A stretch of DNA of 63,986 nucleotides, the filler included, from Basidiobolus ranarum (taxonomy: Eukaryota), in NCBI GenBank assembly GCA_040143965.1. It is 7 parts of 7 records of this genome, joined end to end, with 100 filler letters (N's around TTAATTAATTAA, not from the genome) between each part and the next. Parts side by side here need not be neighbours in the genome. Positions count along the whole stretch, not along the records: positions 36,996 to 46,117 come from JASJQH010007745.1; positions 46,218 to 55,324 come from JASJQH010007746.1; 5 more parts are not named here. One strand, given 5' to 3'. Of this stretch, positions 38,800-51,803 are shown in pieces (position 1 is the first letter of the stretch; each line of letters starts with the position of its first letter). A program made the translations under genes and the position numbers. The notes beneath the pieces were generated by a model. That model made no database searches. It was not told the origin of the DNA and was given only the letters and a program-made list of their open reading frames with translations.

Positions 38800-39110
38800 T
38801 TAGATAGAAATGAATACAAAACAAATGGTTCTGCTTCATGGACCCTCATGTATGCATTGAATACTGGTAGTATTTCATTTGGCCACTGTTTCCCCATATT
38901 TTTAGTTCGTTGTAGATGTATGAATATTTGTTAACTATAGAATGGCTGCCATTACTATCAGGGATAACCTCAAGAAAATTGATAGCATTGTCAGAAGCAA
39001 AATACATATTTCCATATATCATCAACATATGTAATAGCAATATACCATTGAGTCTTTATTACCATGCACCACCACCTATCAAGTTTCACTACTATTTGGC
39101 AGGATTCCAT
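38800..39110 (-). mobile_element. Highly degenerate LTR-retrotransposon integrase relic (Ty3/gypsy-like)
   Basis: Frame-broken pieces VKLD...YIAITYVDDIWKYVF, SDNAINFL and QWPNEILPVFNAY..VHEAEPFVLY occur in rve-domain order. Confidence 0.45.
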
Positions 39111-39553
39111 ACCATAGAGCGGTAGGGTGCAGATACTGTAGTGAATATTGAGTTTTAATACTAAAATTGGAGATTTAAAGCAAATTTTGAAAGCATAGAA
39201 TGTTGCCAATTTATCTGGAAAATGAAGGGAAAATTCAATGGAATGAACTGTTTAATATATATAAATCATAGAGCCAATTTTGCATTACAAAAATGTCCTG
39301 AACCAGAAGAAAGGTAAGAAAGTAGTAAACATTTGGATATCTAGTATGAAGTGAATTTCCAGTATACGATTAAATTAAGTGGAAATTGTATCCAAAGCAA
39401 ACAACAATACTATCAAGGAAGAAAATTCGGTTGCATACATCTCAAGCGGGTAAGAGTGGGAGGGGTTGATTCTCTTATAACTATACCTATTGTTCTGATT
39501 CCAAATTTACAACTTATATATACGTGAATACGGATGCTCAAAAAGTCCTTATT

Positions 39554-40562
39554 TTAACATGCTCGATTTGGGTTCATGGTACTCTTGACTAAATCATCGC
39601 ATATCTCTAAATGATCTAAATTCGATGCCAAGACCTCGGACCAAACTGCTTTAGCTGCAACCTGAGAGATAGTGGGCCCTGTCTTTGGTGGTGCATACCA
39701 AGTAGATATTGGATTTAGTGGTGGATTCTTATCATTTATAGTGGACCGTGGTGGTCCATGCTGGGACTGAGGTTGGAGTTGGGCTTTAAGTTGTGACTGT
39801 TGCCAATCCTGACTGGTCCGTCTCACCCAAACAAATCTTTTCACGAATGGGGTCAAATTCCGGATGATTTTCACGTCGTTATCAACATGTACAAATGAAT
39901 TAAGGTTTCGAGCAATGTATTCCTTTCCTTCAGGACTTTGACAAAATACCAACCGACTTTGGTCGATTGCATCATCACTACCAGGCTTAGTTGGATTAAA
40001 TAATCCTGCAGATGAAAACAAGTGGATAATCTGTCGCCGTTCCTCCGGGCTTGATACTTGCATCAAAAGATAAATATCATAGAGTCGAGCGAAAGAGCGT
40101 ACCATAGGCACTGTTCCTTCTAAAAATGCGTAGTTGGGAGTTTTTGGGTCGGGCAGAGGATTCCACACAATAACCTGAAAAAAGAATTTTAAGTTAGCAG
40201 GTGTACAGAAAACAAGAATCCTTTCAAAAGATCCTTACGTTCTTCAGAGAGAGAGTCATAATGGGTTTATTTTTGGATATAGGGTTCAGGAATTTAGTCA
40301 AGGAGCTTCGTCGACGTTGGACCTGAATAACAAAGAAATAGTGGGAGAGAAACGACTGATTAGCCTTTCTTAATTTGGATACAAGTAGATTAGCAACGTT
40401 ACTCACCTCGTGGACTAAGCTGACAATTTCCTGGTCCTCAAGTAGTAAATCTTCTTTAGAAATACGGTTCGTAGTATACCACCAGTAAATACCAGAAGCT
40501 ACAACAACGATACCTGTAGCTATCGAAGAGAGGAGCGCGGTTTTCCGGGATATACGAGCCAT
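39554..40562 (-). CDS. PEX22: Peroxin Pex22 (plant-type), 3 exons
   Basis: N-terminal TM segment; YDIYLL...SAGLF...RLVFCQSPEGKEYIARNLNSFVHVDND..IRNLTPFV parallels the plant PEX22 pattern. Confidence 0.72.
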
Positions 40563-42100
40563 ATTGTAAAGTGCAAGGAGTTTGAAGGCTTGGTAGTATC
40601 TTATATATAATTAAATAATAAGGAAATAAGGAAAAGTAGAAGAACACGATGCTAGAATTCGTATACGAGTTAAGTCTTTACGTGAATAGATAGAAAATAT
40701 AAACCAGTAGTGCTCAGGAAGAACTAGTTCTCTCAAATAAGATTAAAATGAATATTGTCGGGAAAACTAAAGGAGGGATGAGAGAAGAAAATCCGAAAAT
40801 TGAAATTCAGGGACTTGCAAGCAACCTTTTCCTTTGATTATTTTCACATGACTGTCAACAGAGAATTGACTATATGACCGATGACTCGACGAACCAACGG
40901 GGAATAAACCATGTGCATCGTATTATGATCAGAGTGTTCGTTGCATGATTTATACAGCAACTGTATTGATTTACTAATCTACGCATTCCCATATGACAGA
41001 CTAAGGTCACAAGAGGAGTCAACCAACTAGGATAATCTCAAACCTCTATGTACATTAGACATGTTTCAATAATTGAACGGCTTTGGCCGACTACTAGCCG
41101 CTAATATCGACCTTCGCCTGGCACAAGATCGTTGATTCGAATGAATCGAAGCCTATACAAGGTGGACCCTGAAGCGGTTACCCGTTTTATTCCTTATTTC
41201 TTCTTGTGAAACTTTTTCACGCGTTAATGCATTTACTCACATTCTTGACTCACGACCAAGTGAAGATCACATGGCAGCAGAATCACATGAAAATGAATCT
41301 GGGTTAGCAATCATTATTCATTACGTGCACTGGGACTCAGCAAGCGCTGAAATCAGCCTGTGATTCGTTGATTTGTTACAGATCATCTATCTCCAAGAGC
41401 ACACTGTTTCCAGCTAACTATCGAGATCAGTCACTCGTTTTTGCGAAAAAGCTAGCATTGCATACAATTATAGTCTGCACATATCTGAGTGTTCCACGAA
41501 CTAGCCACTGCATATCCTAGGAGAATAAATCAAGCTTCACCAGCCCTGAGCGTTAGCGGTAACTTGCCATTAAGGAAGCGCTACTTTAATTCAAAAGGCA
41601 GTGAACTCAAAACAATTTACTCCATTTCCTACCATCTGATCTGTCACGTGATTGAGATATTAACCAGATCCAATTCTCGGAGTAAAGTAAAGCCTTTAAG
41701 CGCTAAATCGATTCTAATTGTTTGGGGTAGCTCCTATGGAGTACTCAAATTCGCATCCAGTCAAAGAGCAATTAAATGGGAGAGTTCATTCGAAATAGGG
41801 TGTGACAGATCCGCACTTGCTACAGATGATACTAACTAACAAATACACGAAGAAATCTATAATATACTGTGTATGACACTCAATCTAATGGTGCTTGGAT
41901 AATTATGTACTGTACAGGAATCAAGAAACATTGTTTTAATACATGGTTGGAGGCGGTGAAGACAGGGAGTGTGAGAAGGCTAAATTGTAGAGATTTAAGT
42001 TATCTAGATATTAAACAATAGTCACAGTGTGAAGTTATTAATATATAAGAATACAAGACTAACTAGGGATTGCGTGGATGACAAAAGGGTGTTTGAACGA

Positions 42101-43491
42101 TTAACGGGATCTCAGGTAGCGAGAGGCTGTACGACGCGGGGTCATCCGTTGTCTCGTGGGGTGATGAATGGCCTCACTTGACGAGTAATATTGACGATCA
42201 TGATGAGCTCGGGAGCGCAGGAACCCAAAGGCGAAGTTCGATAAAAACAAAGAGCCAAATATCAAAAGAGTGAAAAACATCTGCTTAAACAGAGGGTGTA
42301 TTAGTGCCAAGTAAGTGAAATAGCACATTTGTCAACTGTACCATCGTTTTATAAGAGATTGGCTCTACGAAGTTATTCAGAATTTCAGCAAATGTCTCTG
42401 CAGATACCTTAGCCCTAGATCATAGAAGTGTCAGATAATCGGATATTGCTAGGTCAACAAAGTGAAAAGTACCTTCCAATAACTGTAGGATCTCGTCTCA
42501 TACAAGCTTCCCATATGTTACACGGATTTTCCATAGCTGGTAGACGACTTTCAGGTGGAGCGCATCGATTATCCATATAATTTCTGGAGCACTGCCCGAT
42601 TTCTTGTAGAATTCCTACAATCGATATTAGCATTCCTTCTTAAATCGGCTTGAAGCGTTACGCATTCGTACCTGCCGAATATTCCTCAACCTTAATATCA
42701 ACATCTTTCTGGACAGTATATATAAACTGCAAAATAATATATAGAGAAATTGCAACCAAGACTAGATTGAAGACCAGTTGTAACCACCTGTCAGTAATAT
42801 AAAAAATGATATTGTTAGTACAGAGTAGTAGAATGTATCATAGTGCTTTTGTACCCTGAGATTATATAAGGCATATCACCATCATGAAATCTTCTATCCT
42901 GAACTTGATTTTCACATGACACCTAAAAGTTAATTCCAATTTAGTCAAGAGTAGCTCGATAACTCAAAAGAGAATAATAATAAACCTCTCCATCACTCTC
43001 ACTTAGAACTAAGGTAGAATTTTTCCTGCGATATTTACGATCATCAGTCCTCCTCTTCCTCAAGAATCGCTTCGACTGTTGAATTGCTTTAGTGTTATTT
43101 TCGATCTCCTTCATAGATGATAAAGTTTCCTCTTCATCCAGTGCAAAAGAGTTTGGCGTAGTTAGGATATCAAAGCTAGTTTTGTGGGGGGCGATGGACT
43201 TCGGAGTAATGAAGTTGAAATTATTATTGGAGGGTGGGCCTATAGGCGTGGAAAATAATTCTCCAGCGGTTGAAGCTATATTAAAAAAGATAAATGTGTT
43301 ATTTATGGTAGAAAACATAATAGAAACACTCCTGTTCATGTTCAGTTAGATACGAGGATTACATGAAGAATAGTACACTAACATTGAGCACCCTTCTTCT
43401 TGCTAGGGGTGGTGGAATTGTTAGCAAACCGGTTTGGAGATTGGTACTCAAACTCCATGGGGGATCCGTTCGACTTTTTTGTAAAGTTCAT
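42101..43491 (-). CDS. BRL1: Nuclear envelope protein Brl1/Brr6, multi-exon
   Basis: SPMEFEY N-terminus, DMPYIISG, TM1, VQKDVDIKVEE, four-Cys loop CSRNYMDNRC..RLPAMENPCNIWEACMRRDP, SAETFAEILNNFVEPISYK, TM2. Confidence 0.9.
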
Positions 43492-43980
43492 ATTACACTC
43501 TCGGAAACACGCTAACAACTTAAGTGATACTAAACAGAAAAGGGTAGATAAAATCCAAGTTAAACTAATTAGGGATCAATTAGGGGTTGTTTACTTCATG
43601 TGTAGTGGTATTTTTTTCGCCTTCGCTATAGTTTAACTTCGCTTTACGTAATAAAATTCGAACATCAGAAGTCTTGGCCGATAAACCAATCAATTCTCCC
43701 TACATACAACGAATTTTGTCAATTGGATTGTTTTCATTGGTGATATCTAATAATTTGACACCAAAGATTATTCCTACCTAGCTTACATCTTGGCTCGTAT
43801 TTGCGTTCTTACCTATGGGTTTATACTCGTTTGATAATCGAGAGATAATCATAAAAATCAACTTTTTGTTTGTACATAGTAATACCAAATTATATCAATG
43901 TATGGTTTATTTGATTGCCTATATGTCATCTGGAAATACAGTCTAAGCTCCGTAGCAATGCCATCAACGATTGTAGCATG

Positions 43981-44743
43981 CTAAAGAGAAGAAGCGATGA
44001 TATCTTGGAATTTAATACTAAAAGAGCCTTGTTGCTGACCAAAACCGGAGGCAATCTGAAATTGTACCACTCTTATATCGGAGGTATTTAGTGGTGCAGC
44101 ATTGTCCACGACACGGCCACGGTAGGTAGGCTTAAAGTCACTAAACTTGACAAAGTATGAAGATTTTCTTGGTCTACCTTTAAAGAGATACTTATACTCC
44201 AAAGCACTTTCCTGACTACCGTCGGGATTTTGGTTTAAAAAAGTGTTTTTAAAGCTAATCGAGTATCTCTTATTATCTCCCTCCAAAGTGGTAAATTTTA
44301 TTCCTGAGTACTTCGAGAGGTCCCAGATTTTCTGGTCGGATTTTGTGGCTTGTGAGGCAAAACCTGCGTTGCCCAGCGTTTTGATATCGAGATGTCCATA
44401 AAATCGTGCAGTTTTTTTTTTAGAATCAACTTCTAGGTAACTTTGACTTTTACCACCACGAACTCTATAGAACCAATATTAATGCCTGCTAAGTAGATAT
44501 CATATAGATAGTAAAGCTTTGTTCATACCTGTCATCGACAGCAATGAAATCCTTGGCATCCCAATTCTCGAATAAAGCCTTTGTGACTTCTGTGGTTGGT
44601 GTGAAAGGCGCTTGTCTAAATAAAGCTCCTTTGAAGACGCCTGGAGAAAGGTGGGGAATGCTAGAAAGATGTATATTTTGAGCAGTAACGAGAAGTGGAA
44701 GGCTGAGTAGCAGCAAACACACGAAACTTGTGATGGATAGCAT
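43981..44743 (-). CDS. CIA30-domain protein with N-terminal signal peptide, 2 exons
   Basis: AVDDR|VRGGKSQS, FYGHLDIKTLGNAGFAS, WDLSKYSGI, FSDFKPTYRGR, SGFGQQQGSF. Confidence 0.85.
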
Positions 44744-45797
44744 TTCAACTACGATACAAAGCTGTAGAGTCAAAGCATTTATATTATATACATTGATTCT
44801 CATTACAGATCGAGATATACAGTGGTATTATGCGATTGATTGTATGTCATTCATAATTAGCTACCTTTTACCAAGTCTAAATTAGTAATGTACAGGTCAT
44901 TCTATGTCATGGTTTTAAAACGACCCTTCTTTCTTAGTCTCTGCTGAACCACGTGTAAATCTCCACCAAGATGACATCAGCTCTTTTTATGATAAGAATA
45001 CTGACAAAATAGCGGAAATTCATAGTGTTTGATCTCTAATAGGCTCAATAAAAGGATGACGTTGAGTTAACTAGAACAGTGTTCTATGGAAATGTGACCA
45101 AATTTGTTAGCGCATGCACCTTGCAAAAATTGAGGCTATGAATGTATGTTCATCGAGAACATGTCCAAGCAATGAGCTGAGCAGAAATTTCCCCAAGCTT
45201 TCACTTGCGATAACTCGCTCTCGGATCACCGGATCATTCTAGTCACGACAATGTTAATATGCGAAAAAACCTAGATGCGAATAGGTTTTGTAACTTCACA
45301 TTGTTGTAGTTAATCAAATCACCCTAGGCACCGTAGACTAATTAATCTGATTGATCATTCCAAATATTTGAGATGACACAAGAATATGTAGAATATTAGA
45401 ACTTGAGTAGAATTCCATTTCTCCTCGAGTAACATCAAAACCACCAGATACATTCATATGAATTGAGGCTTTCAAGAGCAATGCATGCCATAGTCATCGA
45501 CAAAACATACCTGGAGCCCAAGTACTTATCGAGGGTTGCGCATGGTTATAATAAAATCTCGAATCCCACAAAAGTAGGTTCTAATGAGTGATTAAAATAA
45601 TTTAGTTCCATGCATATTCGCTTCAATACATTCAATAAAAGAATTGACAGAAATAATATGGAAGTAGTTGAAAAACATTTACAGAAAGTTGAGATGGACA
45701 GATGTGAAAAGTGAAGTCTAGGACGCATTTCAACCATTTATGAAATAATATGGTTCGAACTAACTGTAGAAAATGTGAAGTTTGTTGTTATGTAGAA

Positions 45798-46117
45798 TTA
45801 TTTGATTTCCTCGGTGGAGAAATTGCACTCCATTAAAGGAACCATCTTGGTCTTTTTAGTAATCTTGTACCCCAAGTAAAGACAGAGGAAGAGAACCACA
45901 CCAAGATAATTGGCAGCAAGTGAAGACCAGTCGATAGGGTTGGAGGAGAAACCGGTATATCCTTGTCCAATAATAACCACTACACAAAGGAATAATGCAA
46001 GTAACGGTCCGAAAGGATAGAACATAGCCTTGTATGGCAGATCACTCAAGCTTTTGCCTTGAGCAACGTAAGCCTTACGGAAACGATAGTGACTGGAGGC
46101 AATACCAAGCCAGGCGA
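45798..46117 (-). CDS. Amino-acid permease (APC/YAT family), 3' end only
   Basis: AWLGIASSHYRFRKAYVAQGKSLSDLPYKA...IIGQGY...YLGYKITKKTKMVPL. Confidence 0.92.
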
Positions 46118-46217
46118 NNNNNNNNNNNNNNNNNNNNNNNNNNNNNNNNNNNNNNNNNNNNTTAATTAATTAANNNNNNNNNNNNNNNNNNNNNNNNNNN
46201 NNNNNNNNNNNNNNNNN
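46118..46217. other. Artificial contig linker
   Basis: N-run + TTAATTAATTAA + N-run. Confidence 0.98.
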
Positions 46218-49009
46218 GACTCAATTTACTCTGATCCAGTTTCTTATACACCAATTGCGGACATATACTGTGAGGTGAAGAGGAGGTTGAACATCAGTGA
46301 GCCTGTATCTTCCCAATTAATTAGGACGATTGCCCAGGAGAATGGGAATGGCTCATAGCAACATATTTACCCGTATTTGGCAACCATTGCCCAGTGAATT
46401 AACTAATTTATGCTAGGTCATTAAGTTCTACCTGATTATGGCCCCATTATCTATTGGTCTCTACATCCCCAAAGAGTGGCTGATAGGATAGTAGATTAGT
46501 TGCTTTAAGGAACCTAGATGCTGGTCTTTGTGATTCAGAATTTAATGTAAAACTAGGTAGCTTTTGAAACAGTCTTCGATATAGATGCTTGGATGGCCCC
46601 AAAATACGATTTTAAACGAGAATCCATCTGTTGATGTGCGATCGAGGTTGGTGGTGACGGAGTTTTACATACAATCCTAGGCAATACAAGTCACTGATTC
46701 CTGAAACAGCCTAACTTAATACGATATGGCAATTTGAGAGACCTTTCCAATCAAGGTCGAAATATATTTCATTTGATTGCATATTCGCCAACAGATTTAG
46801 AAACCGTTGTTCAGCACTATTACAGCAACAGATCCGGACGTTTCTGAGCTAGAGCTTACACTTAGAAAATACACTTTTGTGCGGGGCACGGCGATTCGCA
46901 GTAATTCTCACTCACTTCATCAATTCTGGCAATATCTTCCGACCGTCAAGTGCTCCCAGTAGAGAAAAGTAGCCAACAGGAGCAAATATCCATGGCAAGT
47001 GATCATTGGCTTTCTGGGGATGGAAAGAAAACTTGACAATGTGGGAAATTCATCAGCGTTTGATTGCATTTGATTCCTTGTGTTGAGGCATCATTGGGTC
47101 GTATGATGAGTCGACCGAGCTCTCCAAGAAACTGGATATTGATTGGCTCAAGATGAGCCTGAATTATATCGCACACTCTGGAAAAAAGCGGTTGTGCTCT
47201 TTCGTTGATTTCTGTGTACTAGTCTTTGTCTTACATTAACTTTCACAGCCATTAGGATTCATATGTTAAGAAATGCAATGTATCTCTCTTATTTACTAGG
47301 TTTCTTTTTAACTGAGTTTTGCGTCATTATTCCACAGTCCATTTGTCTTTCCTCTCCTGATGATATTTGATCAAGCTATCAGTGTTTTCTTGATCTCTAT
47401 GAAACCAAATCAGATATATGAAGAGAGAATTGCTGGCTAACGAAATATGGCATGAACGGGTTTCTCCAAGAGGTGCTTACTTCATAACGAAAATAAACTC
47501 TCGTACAACTTAAAATCAACCTGTAGTTAGTATTTCGTCGTCTCGTTTATAACAGCTCACATAGAGAAATGCAAACATGAGACAGAGCTCCTTGTTTTAT
47601 ATGGAATATTCTTGCGGTAAACGCGTAGGCGGAATTCCAGGATCAGAGAGTGGGTCTTCAAGACCGTTACGATACTCCGTGAGACTAACTGTATCTGTGT
47701 AAGATTTGCTCATATTCTGCTCCATTCGTCTAGAGAATTGTAATGCTATTGAGAAATGTAAAATCACAGGTATCTCGATCGCTGTAATGACTGGTGACAA
47801 CTAAATCATTGCCAGGGCTATTAGTTGTAAAATTACGATTTTGAAAGAAAGATGCTAATGCAAAAATCTTATGCCGACTGTGTATTCGATGATTCAATTC
47901 GAAACCACATTCACTCAAAATGTTACTTTTCTTCAAGAAGATTGTACTCACACAAAAGTGCTATAGTAAATCTAGCACATACATACTGCTAGTGCTAGAG
48001 TTAGTGACGATAGTAATGATGCTTCTACTTTAAAGTGGGTAAATGATAGGTATATTGCCCATGTTACTAAAATTACTGCCTTGTATAAAACTGATACAGC
48101 CATGTAGAGAAGTTTTCATTGGATTACCACCATCCAGTCTAGCTATAATCTCTTATGTTGCAGTGCTTGAAGTGCTTTTCTTTATTACAATATTATTTAT
48201 TGCTAGAATTTAAGTTCGCAAGTCCATCAACTAGACTTGAAACTCACTAATGCCGAAACAGTCGAGTACAATGTAATATTTGTATTCCAAGAACTTTATT
48301 TGAGGATTTATAAAATTCCTAATTTCCCAATCTTTAAAGTATTGTTTCTATCCTAATGAAAATACCTCACTATAGTTGTCTCTTTAGTTACTCCCATAAC
48401 TAGCATGCTAAGAAACCTCAATTTTCCGAAGGAATAAATAGTTCGAAAGTTCGAAGTCAAACATCTGAAGATACCTATCTAATCCATCCTATACCTTGCT
48501 TGTATCCTTGCTAGGGCATGTGAGGAAGTATGAACACAGTTTTAGGATAGACTGGATGAACAGTGTGGATATAAAGCTAGGAGAAAGTGGAATGCTCCTC
48601 ACCACACTAATAATTACAAAGTTTGCCAGTTACCTAGCTGAATATTCTGGATGACTACATGTCGCCGAATCGTTTAAATCTTGCATGTATACAGGTTTGT
48701 GCTACTGCAATTCTTAAATCATTACTTTATTCATTACGTTACAGAAAGTAGCTACATTTGTCCAGGAAAGATGAAGATGAAAGCTACTTGCTTGCTGCAT
48801 ATTGCTAGGAAAGAAACCAAATATGTCCTTTTAGAGAAACCTTACCGACTAATATTTAGATAAAATGTACATGATTTAACATTTCCTTCCATATTTCTCA
48901 TAGTAATAAAGAATACAAAAGTAAGAGAGTGGAGATGATCGGGTATGTTTACTAAGCTTCATAAGTATAATAAATAGGTAGACAAGTTACATAGGCAGCG
49001 TGCATTGAA

Positions 49010-49849
49010 TTAAAGTTGATCCGCAGTGGCGTCCAAGAGCTGTCGCTGTAGCCAATCCTTTATACTTTCAATCAAACGTTCTCTTTCCTTTACAGTGTCA
49101 AAGAAATGGGTTGACTCAAGCATGACTAGTTCATGATAAGGTGCTGGCCCTAACAAGTGGTCATATGCGAGTGCATCTTCTAGAGGGACCACTTGATCTT
49201 GATTGCCATGTATGGTCAGCACTCTCACTAGAGCTTTGTCAATTCTGCTAGCAACTGACATGTCTGTTTCCGTACGGCGAATTAAATCTTCCTCTCGTAT
49301 AATGTAATCTTTATCCTCATTGGTACCAAACTTCTTCCAAATAAACCAACCATTATCCTTGAGATCCCTTAACTGTTGATCTGTGAATAAATGCAGTGGC
49401 GCTCGAGAAAGATCATATCGAGCTCCAATGTTAATAATTAGTGGCACATCGTTGTACTGTGCTGCGTATAAAAGTACTACGGATCCTCCTTTGGCGTACC
49501 CTACCATACCCCGAATATGTAATCCATAATTGGTACGCAAATGAACAACGGTATCTCGTAAATCTTCCACTTCTTCATAATAGTTTCCGTAGTGGGTCTC
49601 CCCGCCACTTTTTCCATTGCCACGAAAATCCAAAGCAAATGTGGAATAAGGCAAACCCTCGGTTATTGCTTTGATGACTTCACTTTCCTTGCTCTTTAGC
49701 ATGCCATGGCATACCAAAAATACGCCATTATTCGTTGAATGAACATCTCCCACAGCCTCGGTGTCGTCAAATGAAGGATGGACTCGAAGAGTACCACTCA
49801 GATGAAATCCTCTACTGGTATCAAACTCGATTTCTTGTTTTGTCTCCAT
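49010..49849 (-). CDS. Alpha/beta hydrolase fold protein lacking the nucleophile Ser, intronless
   Basis: VCHG, LDFRGNGKSGG, VGYAKGG (elbow), IHGNQDQVVP, STHFF. Confidence 0.9.
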   Translation of the reverse strand: METKQEIEFDTSRGFHLSGTLRVHPSFDDTEAVGDVHSTNNGVFLVCHGMLKSKESEVIKAITEGLPYSTFALDFRGNGKSGGETHYGNYYEEVEDLRDTVVHLRTNYGLHIRGMVGYAKGGSVVLLYAAQYNDVPLIINIGARYDLSRAPLHLFTDQQLRDLKDNGWFIWKKFGTNEDKDYIIREEDLIRRTETDMSVASRIDKALVRVLTIHGNQDQVVPLEDALAYDHLLGPAPYHELVMLESTHFFDTVKERERLIESIKDWLQRQLLDATADQL

Positions 49850-51803
49850 TGGAGCTGAAAGATGATAGATGTGTCTAGTAGAACCTTTCCGAGATATAGT
49901 CGTATTCTTTAAAGATAGAAGGGTTCAAATAATCATTAGCAGGGAAAAGTGGCTTAAAGATAAAAAGACTAGTATTTACTGTCGAAAAGATCCACACAGA
50001 TTATTTTTTGGTTTAAACTACTCTAACGTACAGATGTCAGTTTACAAGTGATGCGGGTTTCTCTATCCTTGTTGTTATGATACTGATATAAAGTGAATAA
50101 GGTGATTCCGGAAAACTGAAAGAAACCCCGAACCCTGATAGAGATATGAGGAGTTTAAGGTAGAGGTGGGAGAAAGAAGGGGATAATTTAACGCATATCC
50201 ATAGCCAACTTCCTGCCAACTTCAGTGCGATTATATCAATCAATTTTAATGAAATAAGAATGAGATTCCATCGGCAATGCATGTCTGATGATGAAGCCAC
50301 TATGTTCGTGATGATTTCCCAACCCAAAAATCATACACTGTTCAAATTATGGTTAAACCAGAATTAAGTCTAACGAATTTGCTGCAGATATTGATGGTGA
50401 TTTACATTGAAATTTACTGAATTCGTTGTTGCCACTTCCATTAGACAGATTATGAGGTATTTAATTGCACTTGGATAAGTGACATTGCTGCACGACTTAG
50501 TAGAAGCAGCTTCGTAAGAACTTGGAGTGAACTCGACCTAGTCATCGCCACGTAACATTACAAATGAAAACCAGATACCAAGATGTTGTTGTCGCTATGA
50601 AGTAGTGGTTGACTACTGGATATCTCTCGTACTATTTATGCCATTAAAAGTGTCTTGACCCTCGGGCTAAGTATAAGTATGCATTGAGTCAGCCTCATAG
50701 GCCGATTTGGCATGCTTGGTCTGATTCTACAATTCACAGTTGTCTTTATTAAACTCACCTCCCAGTTGAAAATCTTGCCGGGATCACGTCAAAAGCATAG
50801 AATGTTGATGCTACCTGCTGCGTTCACATTGTCAAAGCGGTATGTGGTAAAGATGCTTAAATTCTAATCAATCGAGGGTGAAGAGAACATTACTCTTCGA
50901 AAGCCAAACGCTACTATTTAGCTGAAATCTTGGTTAGAATTAGCTACATTGTCGACCACTAGATTATATGGATGGCCTTCAATCTATTCACTCAAGATCG
51001 CTTCGGTAAATACATAATCAATTTATCCATTATTAATCATCTGGCAACAAGTTTTATTACTTGGTTGGCATTGCTGGCACGATTAACTTGGTCTTGACGG
51101 AAGTTTCTAGACCGGACATTGCATTTGAGCCCAGTGTTGGGGATTGATCATATGAGATCTGTCTGTATTAACGGAATGAGGTTGACGTCCGGTGATGGAT
51201 AGCAAATATCCCGGAGTAATTAACTGAAATCCATAAACACAAAGTTAAAAAGTTACACGCAAATAATTTGTTTCAATCTATGCAGAGCTAATTGAGTTAC
51301 ATGAAGGCTACATGGCTACGAGGCACCCCATTCAACAGGTTTATATCCTGGTGACACTACACAATGCATGTTTTACCTTGCTACAAGATTACACTTACAT
51401 TTTCCCAGCTGGTAAAAATACTGCATTGAAGAGCCGATATTGGTATTTTAACTTGGTTTTGACAATTACTTCTGCTAAAGATATCAGCTTGGTTTTTACT
51501 TTTGTATTGTTTTTTTGTTACCGTTGTAACCAGCTTTGGTTAACTACCTACCCAAGTTTGATAAGTTTAAAGTAAATATAGTGTTAGGAATTCGACTCAT
51601 GCTACTTTTGGCCTAAACTTATTAGTTTCTATAATTACCATATGGCTTGAGCCAACTATACGATTAGACTTGGACTTTAGAGTTACTTCATCACCGATAC
51701 TTAGACTCATTGCTTAGTGAACATCATAGCACACACAGCATACTTTTCCTTATCCCTGCTCTCTAAGCCTTTATTGCTTCAATTAAACTCATAACAAGTA
51801 ACT

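Noticed and set aside
43276-43391. Microexon or stwintron in BRL1 intron 1 (internal CTAAC...CAG)
   Set aside because: Every two-step splice I tried gives a stop or a frameshift. A single phase-1 intron to the AG at 43276 explains the protein.
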